Below, one piece after another: positions 12,254-26,300 of a stretch of 64,000 bases of DNA (positions are counted from its first letter, which is position 1; each line of letters begins with the position of its first letter). Both the position numbers and the translations under genes were made by a program. Under the pieces are notes generated by a model that saw only the letters and a list, made by a program, of their open reading frames with translations, made no database searches and was not told the DNA's origin. The stretch is from Dendrobates tinctorius (Eukaryota): NCBI RefSeq assembly GCF_039654945.1, contig NW_027361684.1, positions 87,420,001 to 87,484,000 on the forward strand, given 5' to 3'.

Positions 12254-13884
12254 CAGTTAGGTCCATATATATTTGGACAGAGACAACATTTTTCTAATTT
12301 TGGTTCTAGACATTACCACAATGAATTTTAAACAAAACAATTCAGATGCAGTTGAAGTTCAGACTTTCAGCTTTCATTTGAGGGTATCCACATTAAAATT
12401 GGATGAAGGGTTTAGGAGGTTCAGCTCCTTAACATGTGCCACGCTGTTTTTAAAGGGACCAAAAGTAATTGGACAATTGACTCCAAGGCTATTTCATGGA
12501 CAGGTGAATCCCTTGTTTATGTCATTCTCAATTAAGCAGATAAAAGGCCTGGAGTTGATTGGAGGTGCGGTGCTTGCATTTGGAAGGTTTTGCTGTGAAG
12601 GAAACAATCGGTCAAAGGAGCTCTCCATGCAGGTGAAACAAGCCATCCTTAAGCTGCAAGAACAGAAAAAACCCTTCCGAGAAATTGCTACAACATTAGT
12701 AGTGGCAAAATCTACATTTTGGTACATCCTGAGAAAGAAAGCAAGCACTGGTGAACTCATCAATGCAAAAAGACCTTGGTGCCCACGGAAGACAACAGTG
12801 GTGGATGATCGCAGAATAATCTCCATGGTGAAGAGAAACCCCTTCACAACAGCCAACCAGGTGAACAACACTCTCCAGGAGGTAGGCGTATCAATATCCA
12901 AATCATCATAAAGAGAAGACTGCATGAATGTAAATACAGAGGGTTCACTGCACGGTGCAAGCCACTCATAAGCATTAAGAATAAAAAGGCTAGACTGGAC
13001 TTTGCTAAAAAACATCTAAAAAAGCCATCACAGTTCTGGAAGAACATTCTTTGGACAGATGAAACCAAGATCAACCTCTACCAGAATGATGGAAAGAGAA
13101 AAGTATGGCGAAGGCGTGGTACAGCTCATGATCCAAAGCATACCACATCATCTGTAAAACGGTGTGATGGCTTGGGCATGCATGGCTGCCAGTGGCACTG
13201 GGTCACTAGTGTTTATTGATGATGTGACACAGGACAGAAGCAGCCGAATGAATTCTGAGGTATTCAGAGCCATACTGTGTGCTCAGATGCAGCCAAACGC
13301 AGCTAAACTGATTGGTCGTCGTTTCATACTACAGATGGACAATGACCCAAAACATAAAGCCAAAGCAACCCAGGAATTTATTAAAGCAAAGAAGTGGAAT
13401 AGTCTTGAATGGCCAAGTCAGTCACCTGATCTCAACCCAATTGAGCATGCATTTCACTTGTTAAAGACTAAACTTCAGACAGAAAGGCCCACAAACAAAC
13501 AGCAACTGAAAACCACCACAGTGAAGGCCTGGCAGAGCATCAAAAAGGAGGAAACACAGCATCTGGTAATGTCCATGAGTTCAAGACTTCAGGCAGTCAT
13601 TGCCATCAAAGGGTTTTCAACCAAGTACTAGAAATGAATATTTTATTTACAATTATTTAATCTGTCCAATTACTTTTGGTCCCTTTAAAAGCAGGGTGGC
13701 ACATGTTAAGGAGCTGAAACTCCTAAACCCTTCATACAATTTTAATGTGGATACCCTCAAATGAAAGCTGAAAGTCTGAACTTCAACTGCATCTGCATTG
13801 TTTTGTTTAAAATTCATTGTGGTAATGTCTAGAACCAAAATTAGAAAAATGTTGTCTCTGTCCAAATATATATGGACATAACTG
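12254..13884 (+). mobile_element. Full-length Tc1 (IR/DR type) transposon with frameshifted transposase
   Basis: TA TSDs (12252-53, 13885-86); ~225-bp TIRs starting cagttaggtccatatatatttggacag; WTDET, MDNDPKH, SPDLNPIE. Confidence 0.95.
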
Positions 13885-14136
13885 TATAAGGATGAAAATT
13901 GTGTTTCACGGTGTTTTATCCATTTATGTGTTAGTTTTCAACATTTTTTGGGCCAAATGTTTTGCATCTTTTGCATTGGGTAGTCTTGTTTTTGCGTGTT
14001 TTTAGGTCAAAACATGACAAAAACAAGGCCAAATTTATCACCAGATGTCTGGAAGCTTATTATTCTGATAGTGAAGTCAGACAAAAACCAAAAATAGGTA
14101 GCTATGGAACTCAACTGTTCTCAAAGTCAAGTATCA

Positions 14137-15461
14137 TCTACTATATAATTGTCTAATTCTGTCTGTCTGTCTGTCATGGAAATCCCACCTCGCTGATTGG
14201 TCACGACCTAACTGCCTCGACCAATCAGCGACAGTTGCTTAGTCGTCGTGGCAACACGGCCGCATTGCTTATTGTACAGGCACATTACAGTCGTTATAGG
14301 CATCACTGCTGCGTTGCTCATTACACAGGCACAGTCCTGTACATATTCTGGAGTACAATACATTAGGTAACAGCAGAACAGTGACTGCAGCTCTGGGTGT
14401 AACTTGCGTACAATACATTAGGTGACAGCAGAAAAGTGAATTCAGCTCTGGGTGTAACTTGCGTACAATACATTAGGTGACAGCAGAAAAGTGAATGCAG
14501 CTCTGGGTGTAACTGGAGTACAATACATTAGGTAAGATCTAAACAGTGACTGCAGCTCTGGCTGTAACAGGAGTATAATACATTAGGTAAGCGCAGAACC
14601 GTGACTGCAGATCTGGGTGTAACTGGACTACAATACATTAGGTAAAAGCAGAACAGTGACTGCAGCTCTGGGAGTAACTGGAGTACAATACATTAGATAA
14701 CAGCAGAACAGTGACTGCAGATCTGGGTGTAACTGGAGTACACTACATTAGGTAACAGCAGAACGGTGACTGCAGCTCTGGGTGTAACTGGAGCACAATA
14801 CATTTGGTAAGATCTGAACAGTGACTGCAGCTCTGGCTGTAACAGGAGTATATTACATTAGGTAAGAGCAGAACGGTGACTGCAGCTCTGGGTGTAACTG
14901 GACTACAATACATTAGGTAAAAGCAGAACAGTGACTGCAGCTCTGGGATTAACTGGAGTACAATATATTAGGTAACAGCAGAACAGTGACAGCAGCTCTG
15001 GGTGTAACTGGAGTAGAATACATTAGGTAACAGCAGAACAGTGACTGCAGCTCTAGCTGTAACTGGAGTACAATACATTAGGTAACAGCAGAACAGTGAC
15101 AGCAGCTCCGGGTGTAACAGGAGTATAATACACTAGATGGTGGCCTGATTCTATCGCATCGGGTATTCTAGAGTCTCTGTTAAAATAAAAAATAGTTATA
15201 TACTCACCTTCCGATGACCCCCGGACTATGTCCCGCCTCTCACCACGCTCCCGGCATCTTCCGGTCCCAGTAATGCTTAGCGAGAAGGGCCGGAGATGCG
15301 ACGTCATCAGCGGTGTTTCGCGCTAAGCATTACTGGGACCGGAAGATGCCGGGAGAGTGGTGAGAGAGTCTGGGGGCCGTCGGGAGGTGAGTATATCACT
15401 ATTTTTTATTTTAACTGAGACTCTAACTTACCCGATGCAATAGAATCGGGCCACCATCTAG
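14137..15461 (+). mobile_element. Non-autonomous Helitron containing a 55-bp minisatellite and an inverted duplicate of its 3' end
   Basis: a|TCtactatataa 5' end; hairpin cccgatgcaatagaatcggg followed by CTAG|t at the 3' end. Confidence 0.75.
14345..15132. repeat. 55-bp minisatellite, about 14 copies
   Basis: Unit aactggagtacaatacattaggtaacagcagaacagtgactgcagctctgggtgt. Confidence 0.95.
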
Positions 15462-15469
15462 TGTATAAT

Positions 15470-16330
15470 AAAGAAGGAAAAGAAGGTTATAGAACAGCTG
15501 ACAAACCTAGAAGTGGACGTGCAAGGAAAACTTCCTCCCAAGTTGATCACATGATTAAGAAAAAGTCAGTATCTAATGTTCATAAAAGTGCTGTACATAT
15601 TTTCCACAAAATGGACAAAGAGTATGGGGTCAAAGTGTGGGGCGACGGCTAAGAGCAGTAGGGTTGAATGCACGAGTTCCGGTCAAGAAGCCTTTCATCT
15701 CTGCAAAGAACTGGAAGGTCCGACTTGAGTTTGCCAGAGAACACAGCCAATAGAAAGAGTCAGTTTGGTCTAAGGTGTTGTGGTGGGATGAATCCAAGTG
15801 CAGTCTGTTAGATAGTGATGGCAAGAACTATATATACCACCCAATTGGAAAACATAATGATGTAAGGTACCAAACGCATACAGTGAAACATGATGGTGGC
15901 AATGTCATGGTTTGGGGCTGCTTTTCTGCATCTGCCATTGGCCCGCTGCATAGAATTGAGGGAAATATGAATGCTTTCTTTTACAGTACAAGCATATACT
16001 GGTGAATGTAATGCTGCCACGTGGTAAAACCAAAGTAGGTAGGGGCTCGAATTTCCAGCAAGACAATGATCCTAAGCACACATCCAATTTAGTCAAAAAT
16101 TGGTTAGCAAAGAAAAATGTTCACCTGTTGCAATGGCCAAACCAATCACCTGATTTAAACTCTATAGAGCACCTCTGGGATGAGTTGGGCGATGAGTTGT
16201 GGCCCCGTCCGTGTGGTGGAGTAATTAACAAAAGACGTCATGCTACAAAAAAAATAAGAAATGGCATTGTAAACAATTAATTACACTCTATGTTGTGATC
16301 AATAAATAGTATATGCAAAACTTTTGCCAG
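15470..16330 (+). mobile_element. Degenerate Tc1 transposase fragment
   Basis: [48 protein letters not shown] in shifting frames. Confidence 0.85.
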
Positions 16331-17511
16331 TCAGTTTTCTTTAATTAAATGTCCATACTTATATTTGAAAGCAACTTAATGCACTTTCAGTTCATCACCA
16401 GGAAAATGGTATCAAAACAACCAGACAGAAGTAATCACACTTTTAAGAAAAAAAAACAAAAACCGTTGGTCGCTACTGTACTATTGGAAAGATGAAAGGA
16501 GGCATATAAGCACAAGAGCGGTTAAGGGGAAGGTAGGATACTGGGGGCTGGTTGTGACATGGTATACGTTCATAATTAAGCAGTTCCTCTACATAATGGC
16601 ACATACAGTGTTTGAAAATCCTGCAGATAGATTTACAACTTTAAAATTTACTTGCTATTAAAAATCCTTCCCTTTCTCGAAAGGGAGAGGTTTCCAGCCA
16701 ACGCTCTGCGGTCTACCAGCGGGAACTAGTCCCCTAAACAAGGAGCACAGTGCTTACCAGTTTTTTCCAATAGAACTTGTATGGGCTGCTCTGAATGTGA
16801 TCAGCCAATAAGAGTCACTGAATCTATGACAACACCCCATGATGTCATAGAAATCATCCACTGTAAAGACACTTTTATCATTGGCTACGCCTATTCAGGG
16901 TGCAGCTTCTGACTCTAAATTTAAATTACCAATTGACCTGCCATATTTTCTAAAGTCTTAAAAGGAACCATTATAACGTCATCACATTACTACTATGATC
17001 AATTACTTGCACTAACCCTACCGGGAAACCAACTCCTGTTCCTGTCAACCACCCTGATCATACCCACAGTGTCCTTACCTATACCACCTGTATGAAACAT
17101 TCTTCATCTCAAGTGCAGCTGGCATTATTTACCATCTCGTCCCCGCAGTCACTTTCCAAATGCCCCCTATGTCACTCTATGCCCATTCTATTCCCTTTTC
17201 TCTCTCAGCAACAAAACCTAAGACATTTTATTAATATCCTGTCAATTTTTTTACCCTTCTACCACTAGCATTTCCCCCATTCTCACCAATTGCAGCATCA
17301 CACGGTCACTCTCTGATGATGACGGCTGCTGTACAATGAAGTGACTGTGATCGGCCAATCGAAGGTATTTTTATAATGTCACATTTGACTGTTTCACGAC
17401 GAATTGGCAAGAACAGACTTCACTGAGAACTACTGCTTGGAGCCTAAGACTGCATGGCACGGTATGGGATAATGAATATGGGAGAATCCTTCCCTATATT
17501 GTCTGTTTATT

Positions 17512-18370
17512 GCACTATAACCTGGCGCTGCCGCCCGATTTTGGTAGATAGTAAAAAGAAGCTAAGTTTGCAGCAAAAGGTGGAATATAACCACACATAT
17601 ATAGATATACCCGAATCAGAATGTGGTGAGAGAAGCAATAGGTATAGATATTTCTAAAATATAGCATTTAATAGGTAGGTTAAAACTAATTATGTAAAAG
17701 ACAAGGAGAAATCAATGACATTTCTCATAATAGGTCTCATGCTGAGAGAGAGTAGATTTCTCAACAAGAGGTGGACTGGGCAAGCAATATTCAATTAATG
17801 AATGTAAATGACCAGGTGTATGGAGTGTAGGCCTCTAGTATATTTTTTGAAAACCTGGTCAAGTACAATCACCCTCCTCCCTGCCCACAATATCAAAGTT
17901 TTGAGCTGAACACGAATGGGAACCTTAGGTCAACCCTCATGCCTCATTCATTTAGGTTGAAACACAGTGAATAATATGAGTTAGGGGGCGAACAAGATAT
18001 CCCAAAATTAGCCAATGTTAAGGGAATTAGGTAAAATACACTTGACAATGGCCACATAATGTCCTAATTAAATTTTTGATAAAATGCCCATGGTGGTGGG
18101 TAAGAATTTATAAAAGAGAAAAAGGAACATCCTCAACCATTCAGGAGTTGATCATCAGTGGACCGATTTCTAGATAATCCCAGATCCATCCTGTGTAGAT
18201 GTCCAGGGAAAGGTACCAGGTGGGAAACACGTGGGGCATTTAGGGCCCTCACAATATGGCTAGTTGTGGACTGCCCTTGTCAGGGCAGGTACTAAAGGGG
18301 TATTAGATTATTGTAGCCATCATAGGGCGCTATAGGGGTAGCGCCCAGTACCTTTCCCTGGACATCTGCA
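17512..18370 (-). mobile_element. Possible Penelope-like pLTR remnant with a short 5' inversion; no HHR retained
   Basis: Inverted pair tgtagatgtccagggaaaggtac (~18194-18216) and gtacctttccctggacatctgca (~18348-18370); composition resembles the other pLTRs; no clean TSD. Confidence 0.35.
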
Positions 18371-18997
18371 GTTTTTATTGTGAAATCTGGTGACAGATCT
18401 GCATTAAGATTTTTACATCTAATGTAATCCTTGAACTTGGTATGTCATGACAATCTGCTGCAAGATCACACAAGGTAGGACAATATGTAAATATAGTGAT
18501 TAATGCAAATCTCAGAAATCTCTAGAATACACTTTGTCTGGCATGACTCCAAGCTAAACATCCTCTGAAAACTATGTCTGTGCACAGTCCTGGAGGAAAC
18601 AACCCCCCTCATCATCATCAATGCAGCCATTAATAAATCTATTCCTGCAGACCCCACAAATCGCTTGCATTTCATAACTAGCTAAGTCTATGTAGCAGTA
18701 GGTAGAAGGGGCTTCATTCAGCTCATTGGCCTGAGTTTGATCAATGCAAAAACAGCTGTGGCCGAGGAGCCTTATAGTACATTTGTGTAGGGAATGTGCT
18801 GTGTCCAATAAGGGATTGCTGTACGCCCCCCTTTTTCCTGGCTGAGTTTCAGTTCTCCAAGGAAAAAAAAAAACTTGCGGTATCTTGCTTCTTGCCTGAA
18901 GCTTAAAGACTGTGTAGAATTCTTTCCCCTCTGTCTGTGTCTTTATGCTTCCTTTCCCACTTAATCTGCGTCTGCAGGAGGACTTGTTTGGAAAGTC

Positions 18998-19064
18998 ATG
19001 GGTTCCTCTTTGTACATACTTTGGCTGTTCACTCTGAATTTGTACCTGGCAAGTGGATATGAAG
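18998..19064 (+). CDS. Candidate first coding exon of a secreted or membrane protein (signal peptide MGSSLYILWLFTLNLYLASGYE)
   Basis: gtcATGG context; hydrophobic core ending in small residues (ASG); 67 nt ending at a phase-1 donor GAAG|gtaggg; non-repetitive surroundings; possible acceptor tctgcag at 18977. Confidence 0.55.
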
Positions 19065-19498
19065 GTAGGGCTACCGGGATGATGTCTACTTTATTCCATC
19101 TTGGGGTGATTTCTAAATAATGCTCAGTAGACCCAGCTTCTTTGCTATATTTGCTGGTAGACCTTTACAGCTGTTAACGTATAGGACTAAGCTGGTGTCA
19201 AAGTCCAATATTAGATGCAAGCTTTTTCACTTTTTGTTCTCTTTTTCATAAATTTGTACGAAACCCCTGATCATTGCATTCTTCACGTTAGGTTTACTTA
19301 GTAGTAGTCCTGTTAGTTTTGTGTCTGTGTGTAATGGTCAGGCATAGTTTTGTGTCTGTTTGTAATGGTCAAGCATTCCTTCATTGCTGTGTTAGCAACT
19401 AATGTGTTAATTTTTGACAGTTAACTCATTTAATCACAGTCTGAGACTTGTTGTGACTCTTCAGTTTCTAAACTGGTCATGGTAAAATGATTCTATCA

Positions 19499-19669
19499 GG
19501 CTATGTGCACACGTAGTGTTAGGTCCTGTGGATTTTTCTGCGCGGATTTGGAAAAATCCACAGGTAAAATCTCAGGTCAAAAGTCCTGCGGTTTAGCCCT
19601 GCGGTTTCACACCTCTACAATGGAGAAGGTGTGAAACCGCAGCAGAATCCGCACCATGTGCACATGGCC
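19499..19669. mobile_element. Harbinger-type MITE
   Basis: TIR ggctatgtgcacac / tgtgcacatggcc; related copy at 48894. Confidence 0.7.
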
Positions 19670-21149
19670 TTAGACTTTAATGGCATATTGAGAGTTGCAG
19701 CTGAATATTACTTGAAAACATACCAAGCCATATATTGCAAAAATCATGAAATTTTGCTCCAAAATTGCAAACAGAACAACAAGAAACTATGAAAGAACAA
19801 GAACCAGACTTCATTTTGGTATGTTTCATCGCTCGTTCTGATATTATGATGTTATCTGCCTTTTTTTTTTGCACAGGACTGCAGGTAAACCTAAGTTCAC
19901 AGCCACGGTGTTGCATGCTACATAAAGCACTAATGCTATTTCCATGGAGCTACTATACTTTCTACGGATTTGTACAAGGCACATTGCAGTTTAGTGTCCC
20001 CCTTATGCTGTGCCTCATTTGTGTATGTCATATGGTATACAAATGGAACTGTGCAGCTACACAATAAACTAAAGCCATATGCTTTATAGTTGACTGTGGG
20101 AAATAAGCCATAATTGCTTAATAATAGTTGTCAATCCTCAGACTTTATTAGGAAAGATACAGTTACAGAAATAAAATCATTGATTCTTGCCATAAAGTGA
20201 CTTTTCCACTTACAAGGAAGAAATCTTGCATTTTTATTCTATAAATAGTGACATTTTAGACACTTTTTACAACGTATTACAGTATACTTGTCAAAGCTGT
20301 TATTGTTGAATTTCCAATAACCATAATTATAAATAGATGTCAGTAAACTAGTAGGTAATAAAGTGTCTACCATTAAAGGGAACCTGTCATGCTGAGCATG
20401 TCGGTTTAGAAGTCCAGTGGGCGGTCCTAATCAGTGAGCTGTCTCTTTCTGCAGAGGTATCTGTCAATCATTGGTTAAGGCTAGACTCCTAAACCCAGAA
20501 AGAGAAGGGATCTACAAAAATAAAATAGTGATACTTTTCCCACAATCCTATATTTAGTCTATATATTATGATTGCTTATGTGCTTAGCTCCAAAATATTC
20601 CATATCCTCCTGATTTATCAAAGCTTTTACAGCAAAAAAAAAGCATAAACGCTTAGAAAATTCACAAAAGTTTGACGGACTTTGGAGTTGCACCAAAATT
20701 TTGCTGCTTTTGATGTTTTCAGGCCGGTTTCTCCCAGCTTTGCTGAAATTGGCAGAGCTGAGGCAGGACGGAGGGCAGGGCGTGATCATGACGTTACAGC
20801 TCGTCTAATTCATGATGAGCAGTGTGAAATCTAATTAATAAAATCTCACTCCAGTACATGACTGGAGTAAGATTTCTGGCATAGCGCACAGAAGTGCATG
20901 CCACTCATCAGAAGCTTCATGAGAATCAGGAGCGTCTGACTCCACCAAGCACTACAAGAAAATCTCCAGTCTTGATAAATCAGAGCCAATGTCTCTACTG
21001 AGGCTCACAATCTAAATTCCCAATTAATATGTCTTTGAAATGTGGGAAGAAAACCAGAATAGATGAAACCTGTGCAGTCATGGAGCAAATATATGGTACA
21101 ATATCACTGAAGATGTTGTTCCTGTTGGGATTTGACTGATTCCTCTTAA

Positions 21150-21397
21150 AGGGGTTGTCTGGGGCTGTAACACTGATAGCCTATCCGTAGGATAGGTCAT
21201 CAATGTCTGGTGGGAATATGACGCTCGGCACCTCCGCCGATCAACTGTTCCCGGTGTCAGCTCTGCACTTGAGCAGTTTCCGCCGTCACGGGGAACAGAT
21301 GATCGTCCAAAGTGCTGAGTGTCGCGCTCCCATTGATTAGACATTGATGTCCTATCCTAAGGATAGGCAATCAACGTTACAGCCCCAGACAACCTGT
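21150..21397. mobile_element. TTAA-type palindromic MITE
   Basis: ttaa|aggggttgtctggggctgtaac ... gttacagccccagacaacc. Confidence 0.7.
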
Positions 21398-23342
21398 TTA
21401 TTTTTATTACTAATAATCTTCATGTATTTAAAAAGTAATGTTTTGCATTGTAGACTGCCATTCCCTAGCTATAGCCCCCGTTTTCAGAAATGAGCTTTGA
21501 CTGATATATTTTCTGTTAACTTTTGTTCTGGATATAATCAAAGTAAATCATATCATAAGATATCATGAGCTCCAGTTTATATGCACTGTGACCAGAATGG
21601 TTTCAATATTCTTTTGGCACATGGAGCACATTAACACAATATTTTATTTTAGCCTAAACATAAATTTGGCAATCCATTTCACTATGGAAATTTACTTTTG
21701 GAACAGTTATTATTTATTTATAAACTTCCAAAATCTTTTGTGGAACAGTGAGAATGTGGAGAGAAAAAATACACTTTTGCTCCCTTGATGGCATCTAAGG
21801 AATGCCTGCTAAATTATTGGTAAAACGATCTACAGCATACTGTATACGACAGTCATCTGCTGCACTGGGGTGAAAGGCAGGGGGCAAAGCAAGATTTAGC
21901 TGACTATACTATTGCGTTACTTACCTTGTATTATAACATTAGAGTAACAGTAGTTTAACTCCTTGATGACAAATGACGTATATATACGTCATATGTCATG
22001 TCCTGTCCACCCGTGGCTGTTAACCAGTTAAAACGCGCTATCCATTTCTGACAGCAGGCTTTAACAATCGCCAGCCGGAAGCACATCACTAATCCCGCCT
22101 GTCACGTGATCGGAGGGCCCAGATGGGTTGTCATGACAGCCGTGCCTGTCATTACGATACTCTTGTGCAGGCCGGTCGTGATTTCTTCTAAGTGGACTAT
22201 TGATGACAGTAAAAAGTAAAAAAAAACACAAAAGATCAAATTACACACCCCATTTGCCCCATTGAAAATAAAACAGTAAAAATAGTACACATATTTGGTA
22301 TCGTTGTGTTCATAAAAGTCCAATCTATCAAAATATAAAACAAATTGATAAGATTGGCAAACAGCGCAACGAGAAAAAAGATCAAAATGCCATAATTATA
22401 CTTTCTTGGCTGCCACAATATTCCAATAATATGAAACAAGAGGCGGTCAAAACATCTTATCTAATCCAAAATGGTATCGGTAAAAACATCAGCTCAGGGT
22501 CCAAAACATAAACCATCACCCAGCCCCAGATCGCGAAAAATGGAAATGTTACGGGTCTTGGAAAATGGCGTCGAACGCACAATCTTTTTTTCATACAAAT
22601 TTCAGAATTTGTTTTCACCACTTAAATAAACTATACAGTTGTGTTAATAAATGTTTGCCCCCTTCCTAACTTCCTTTTCTTTTCCATGTATGTCATACTT
22701 AAATGTTTTAGATCACCAAATGAATGTAAATATAAGACAAAAATAACACAAGTAAACACAAAATGCAATTTTTAAGTGAAGGTCTTTATTACTAAGGGAA
22801 AAAGAAATCCAAACCTACAGGAACCTGTGTGAAAAAGTGATTGCCCCTAAACCTAATAACTGGTTGGGCCACCCTTAGCAGTAAGAACTGCAATCAAGTG
22901 TTTGCATTAACTGGCAATGAGTCTTATACAACGCTCTAAAGGAATTTTGACCCACTCATCTTTGCAGAATTGTTGTTTTTCAGCCACTTTGGAGGCTTTC
23001 TGAGCATGAACCACCTTTCTAAGGTCATGCCACAACATCTCAATTGGATTAAGGCCAGGACTTTGACTAGGCCACTCCAAAGTCTTAATTTAGTTTTTTT
23101 TAAGCCATTCAGAGGTGGACTTGCTTGTTTGTTTTGGTTCATTGTCCTGCTGCATAACCTAAATGTGCTTCAGCTTGAGGTCACGAACAGATGACTGGAC
23201 ATTCTCGTTCAGGATTTTTTGTTAGCCGAATTCATGGTTACCACAGAAAGTCTTTCAGATCCTGATGCAGCAAAACAGAGTCATGAACTCTGACCTTAAC
23301 TGAGGCAAGTGAGGCCTGCAGTTCTTTGAATATTGTTGTGGG

Positions 23343-26300
23343 TGTCATGATCCAGCATGGATCTGATAGATTAAATGGATAAGGCTACTTTCACACTTGC
23401 TTTTTTTTTGCAGTGCTTTTTTCCTGCAAAAAAATGCATGGAAAAAACGCATGCATACAAATGCTGCATTTTTTTCAAGCATTTTTATGCGCATGCATGA
23501 AAAAAACGCAGTGTTTTTATGCATTTGTACCGCGTTTGCGTTTTTTTCCAACATTAGTTGGCCTCACCAAAAAAATCAAGATAGGGTTAGGATTAACACT
23601 AACCCAAACCATGACTTTACTAACCCTAACCCTTAACCAAACCATACTAACCCTAACCCTTAACCAAACCATACTAACCCTAACCCTTAACCAAACTCTA
23701 CTAACTCTAACCCAAACCCTAACCCTAAACCCTAACCCTTAACCAAACCATACTAACCCAAACCCTAAACCCCCTTAACTAACCATAACTCTAACCCAAA
23801 CCCCTAATTTCCATTGTCTAACCAACGGTCAACAAAAAAACGCATGCGCAGAAAAAGCATACATGAGCATGCCAATGCACACGTATGCGCACCCATAGAC
23901 TTACAATGGGTGTCTTGCTGTAAAAAAATGCATTGCGCGCGCATGCGGTTTTTTGAGGCAAGTCGGACGCCCAAAAAATGCAACAGGATGCATTTTGTGC
24001 GCCTGAGCGCACATCACAAAAAAACGCATGTGCGTAAAAACGCATACAAATGCATGTGTATGCGCACATAAGTACATCCCATGCAAAATATAGGGAAAAA
24101 AGCGCATGCTTTTTTTAGCGCTAAAGTACAGCGCAAAAAAATGCAAGTGTGAAACCAGCCTAAGTTAACTTTTTTCCCTTTGGCTAGGTGCCAAAGTGAT
24201 GTGATTGCCCCCGGTGGCCATTAGAATTATTACACGTGGTGTCGTTCATTCTAAGTTGCCCCGGTGGTGGTGAGTGGTAGTGCACTTTAGTTTCTTTGGT
24301 TTAGTGCACGTAATTATAAATCAGGTGTGAGGCTCTATAAAAGAGAGCCAGGTGTGTTCAATCACTGTTGGTGATATTGTGTTCGTCATTTGGGAAGCAA
24401 GCCTGGGTGAGTAAGGAGCTGAACATGAGTCCTGCGCAGCCCAGCCAGAGGGTACAAGAGGCAGCTAGTTGGGCTGCAAGAAGGGCTGGCATGGCATGAT
24501 GGAGTCACAGTTTATGGTGTTTGCAGGAAGTGCTTGCATGGCTTGGTGGAGTGACGACTATGGAGAGAGTTGCACTCAGCATGCGGGACTTGGTTGCTGA
24601 GAACTGGACTCTTCAAGCATGCTTGACTTTTTGGGCAGGCGCTGAACTCATCTTTGGGACTCTGTTACTGGACAGCTGCAACTGGTGGTGGACTCTGCTC
24701 CAAGGCTGCACTATGGTGAAGGATCCAGTGTTGGTGATGGATCCGGGTGGAGGATAAGATGCACGCAGGTGGTGGGCTCTGTTGCTAGGAGCGTACGCAA
24801 CAGAGCAAAGCTAAGTGGTGTTTCCCCTGTATTGTCTTCTTTCCTTGTGTGTGTTTAGTGCAGTGGTGGGATTAGTTTCCGCACTGACCAATTCCCTAAT
24901 GAGGGTTTAGGTCAGGGCGAGCTAGGGTTAAAAGGTATCCTGTGCGTCGCCCGGTGTGGAACCAGCATAGGGAACGATAGGAGTGCAGGGACTCTTGCTC
25001 AGGGGAGTACAGGAGGTCTCCACGTCCCTATTCCCTATCGCAGGGCCCACCATTGTTAATGTTACCCAGGTTCAACTTTTTTATTAAAATTTGCCTTACT
25101 GGAGGTGGGGTTTCCAGATTTACGTGTAATTCCTAAATTTGCCTGTTGGAGGCGGCGTATCCAGCTGCACGTCTTATTATTTAAATTCGCTCCACTTGAG
25201 GCGGTGTATCCAGGGTCACGTGCGTCATATGGGTTCGCCTTGCGGTACTCGCTGCGTCCAGACACACGTGATCGTGACATTATCACCAACCCAACTTTTT
25301 TTTTCTGGTGAGCTTTGGCCATGTGGAGACCGCTGAGTAATTGCTGCCAGGCCTCACTGAGGTGAGTGGGGAGCGGCAAGGTGTGTTGGAGCCGCTGCAG
25401 CAGCAATTATCAGGGTCTGGGGCCTCTGCTCAGGCAACCAGGAAATCAAAATGGCGGCTTTGGCAAATTGCGGGTCTGGCAAAAGCCCCCTTGAGTCGCT
25501 GCTGGTGAGCGGGACTTGTTCATACAGGTGGATGTAACCAGACAGGTGGGTGGAGTTGGTGATCCCCATGGTGCTGTCTGGGGTTCCCCGAGGTGAAGGG
25601 GTACGTCCCTGTAGTGAGCAGACTGGTGATAGTCCCCGGGGCTCATGCCAAATCTTCAATACCACCGAAGAAGCCGCCCCCTGCTGGTCGTGTGGAGGAA
25701 GGCGACCAGCGAGTGTATTTTTCCTCCATGTCCTTGCGGCTTTGGTAAAAGCCCCTTAGAGTCGCTGCTGGGGAGCGGGACTTGTTCATACAGGCGGACG
25801 TAACCAGACAGGTGGGTGGAGTTGGTGATCCCCATGGTGCTGTCTGGGGTTCCCCGAGGTGAAGGGGTATGTCCCTGTAGTGAGCAGACTGGTGATAGTC
25901 CGCTGGGCTCACGCCAAATCTATACCACCGAAGAGGCCGCCCCCTCCTGGTCGTGTGGAGGAAGGTGACCAGTGAGTGTATAATTCCTCCATATTCCTGT
26001 CCCCTTCTTCTCCAGGTGTGTGCAGCAGGTGCGCTGCGGGGGAGTAGGGACAAATCTCAACCCTCGCCATTAACCAACCCTGGGAGGGTAGACCTCATGG
26101 TGAAAGGGTTGGAGGGTGGTGTCCCTTGGTGAATAGCGGGGGTGTGAGTGTGGTGACAGCAGGGGGATGCCTCTGTTGTCGTGTCCAGAAGGAGTTCACC
26201 AAATATATGACAACCGAATGTGTGCAATAAACGTTCAGGTCCGGACCTGTGTGTGAACGAGCGTGTATGGGTGGCCACCAAAAAAAAAACCATTGGAAGT

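Noticed and set aside
14345-15132. Regular arrays here and at 43.7, 45.6, 46.3 and 55 kb as CRISPR or ribozyme arrays
   Set aside because: They are head-to-tail tandem units without unique spacers, there are no cas genes, the context is eukaryotic, and I found no CUGANGA/GAAA fold in the units.
18572-18808. Cys-rich 78-aa minus-strand ORF
   Set aside because: Starts at TTG, has no recognisable family and no clear splice context.
23590-23810. True telomere or chromosome fusion site
   Set aside because: The repeats are degenerate and confined within a TSD-bounded MITE.
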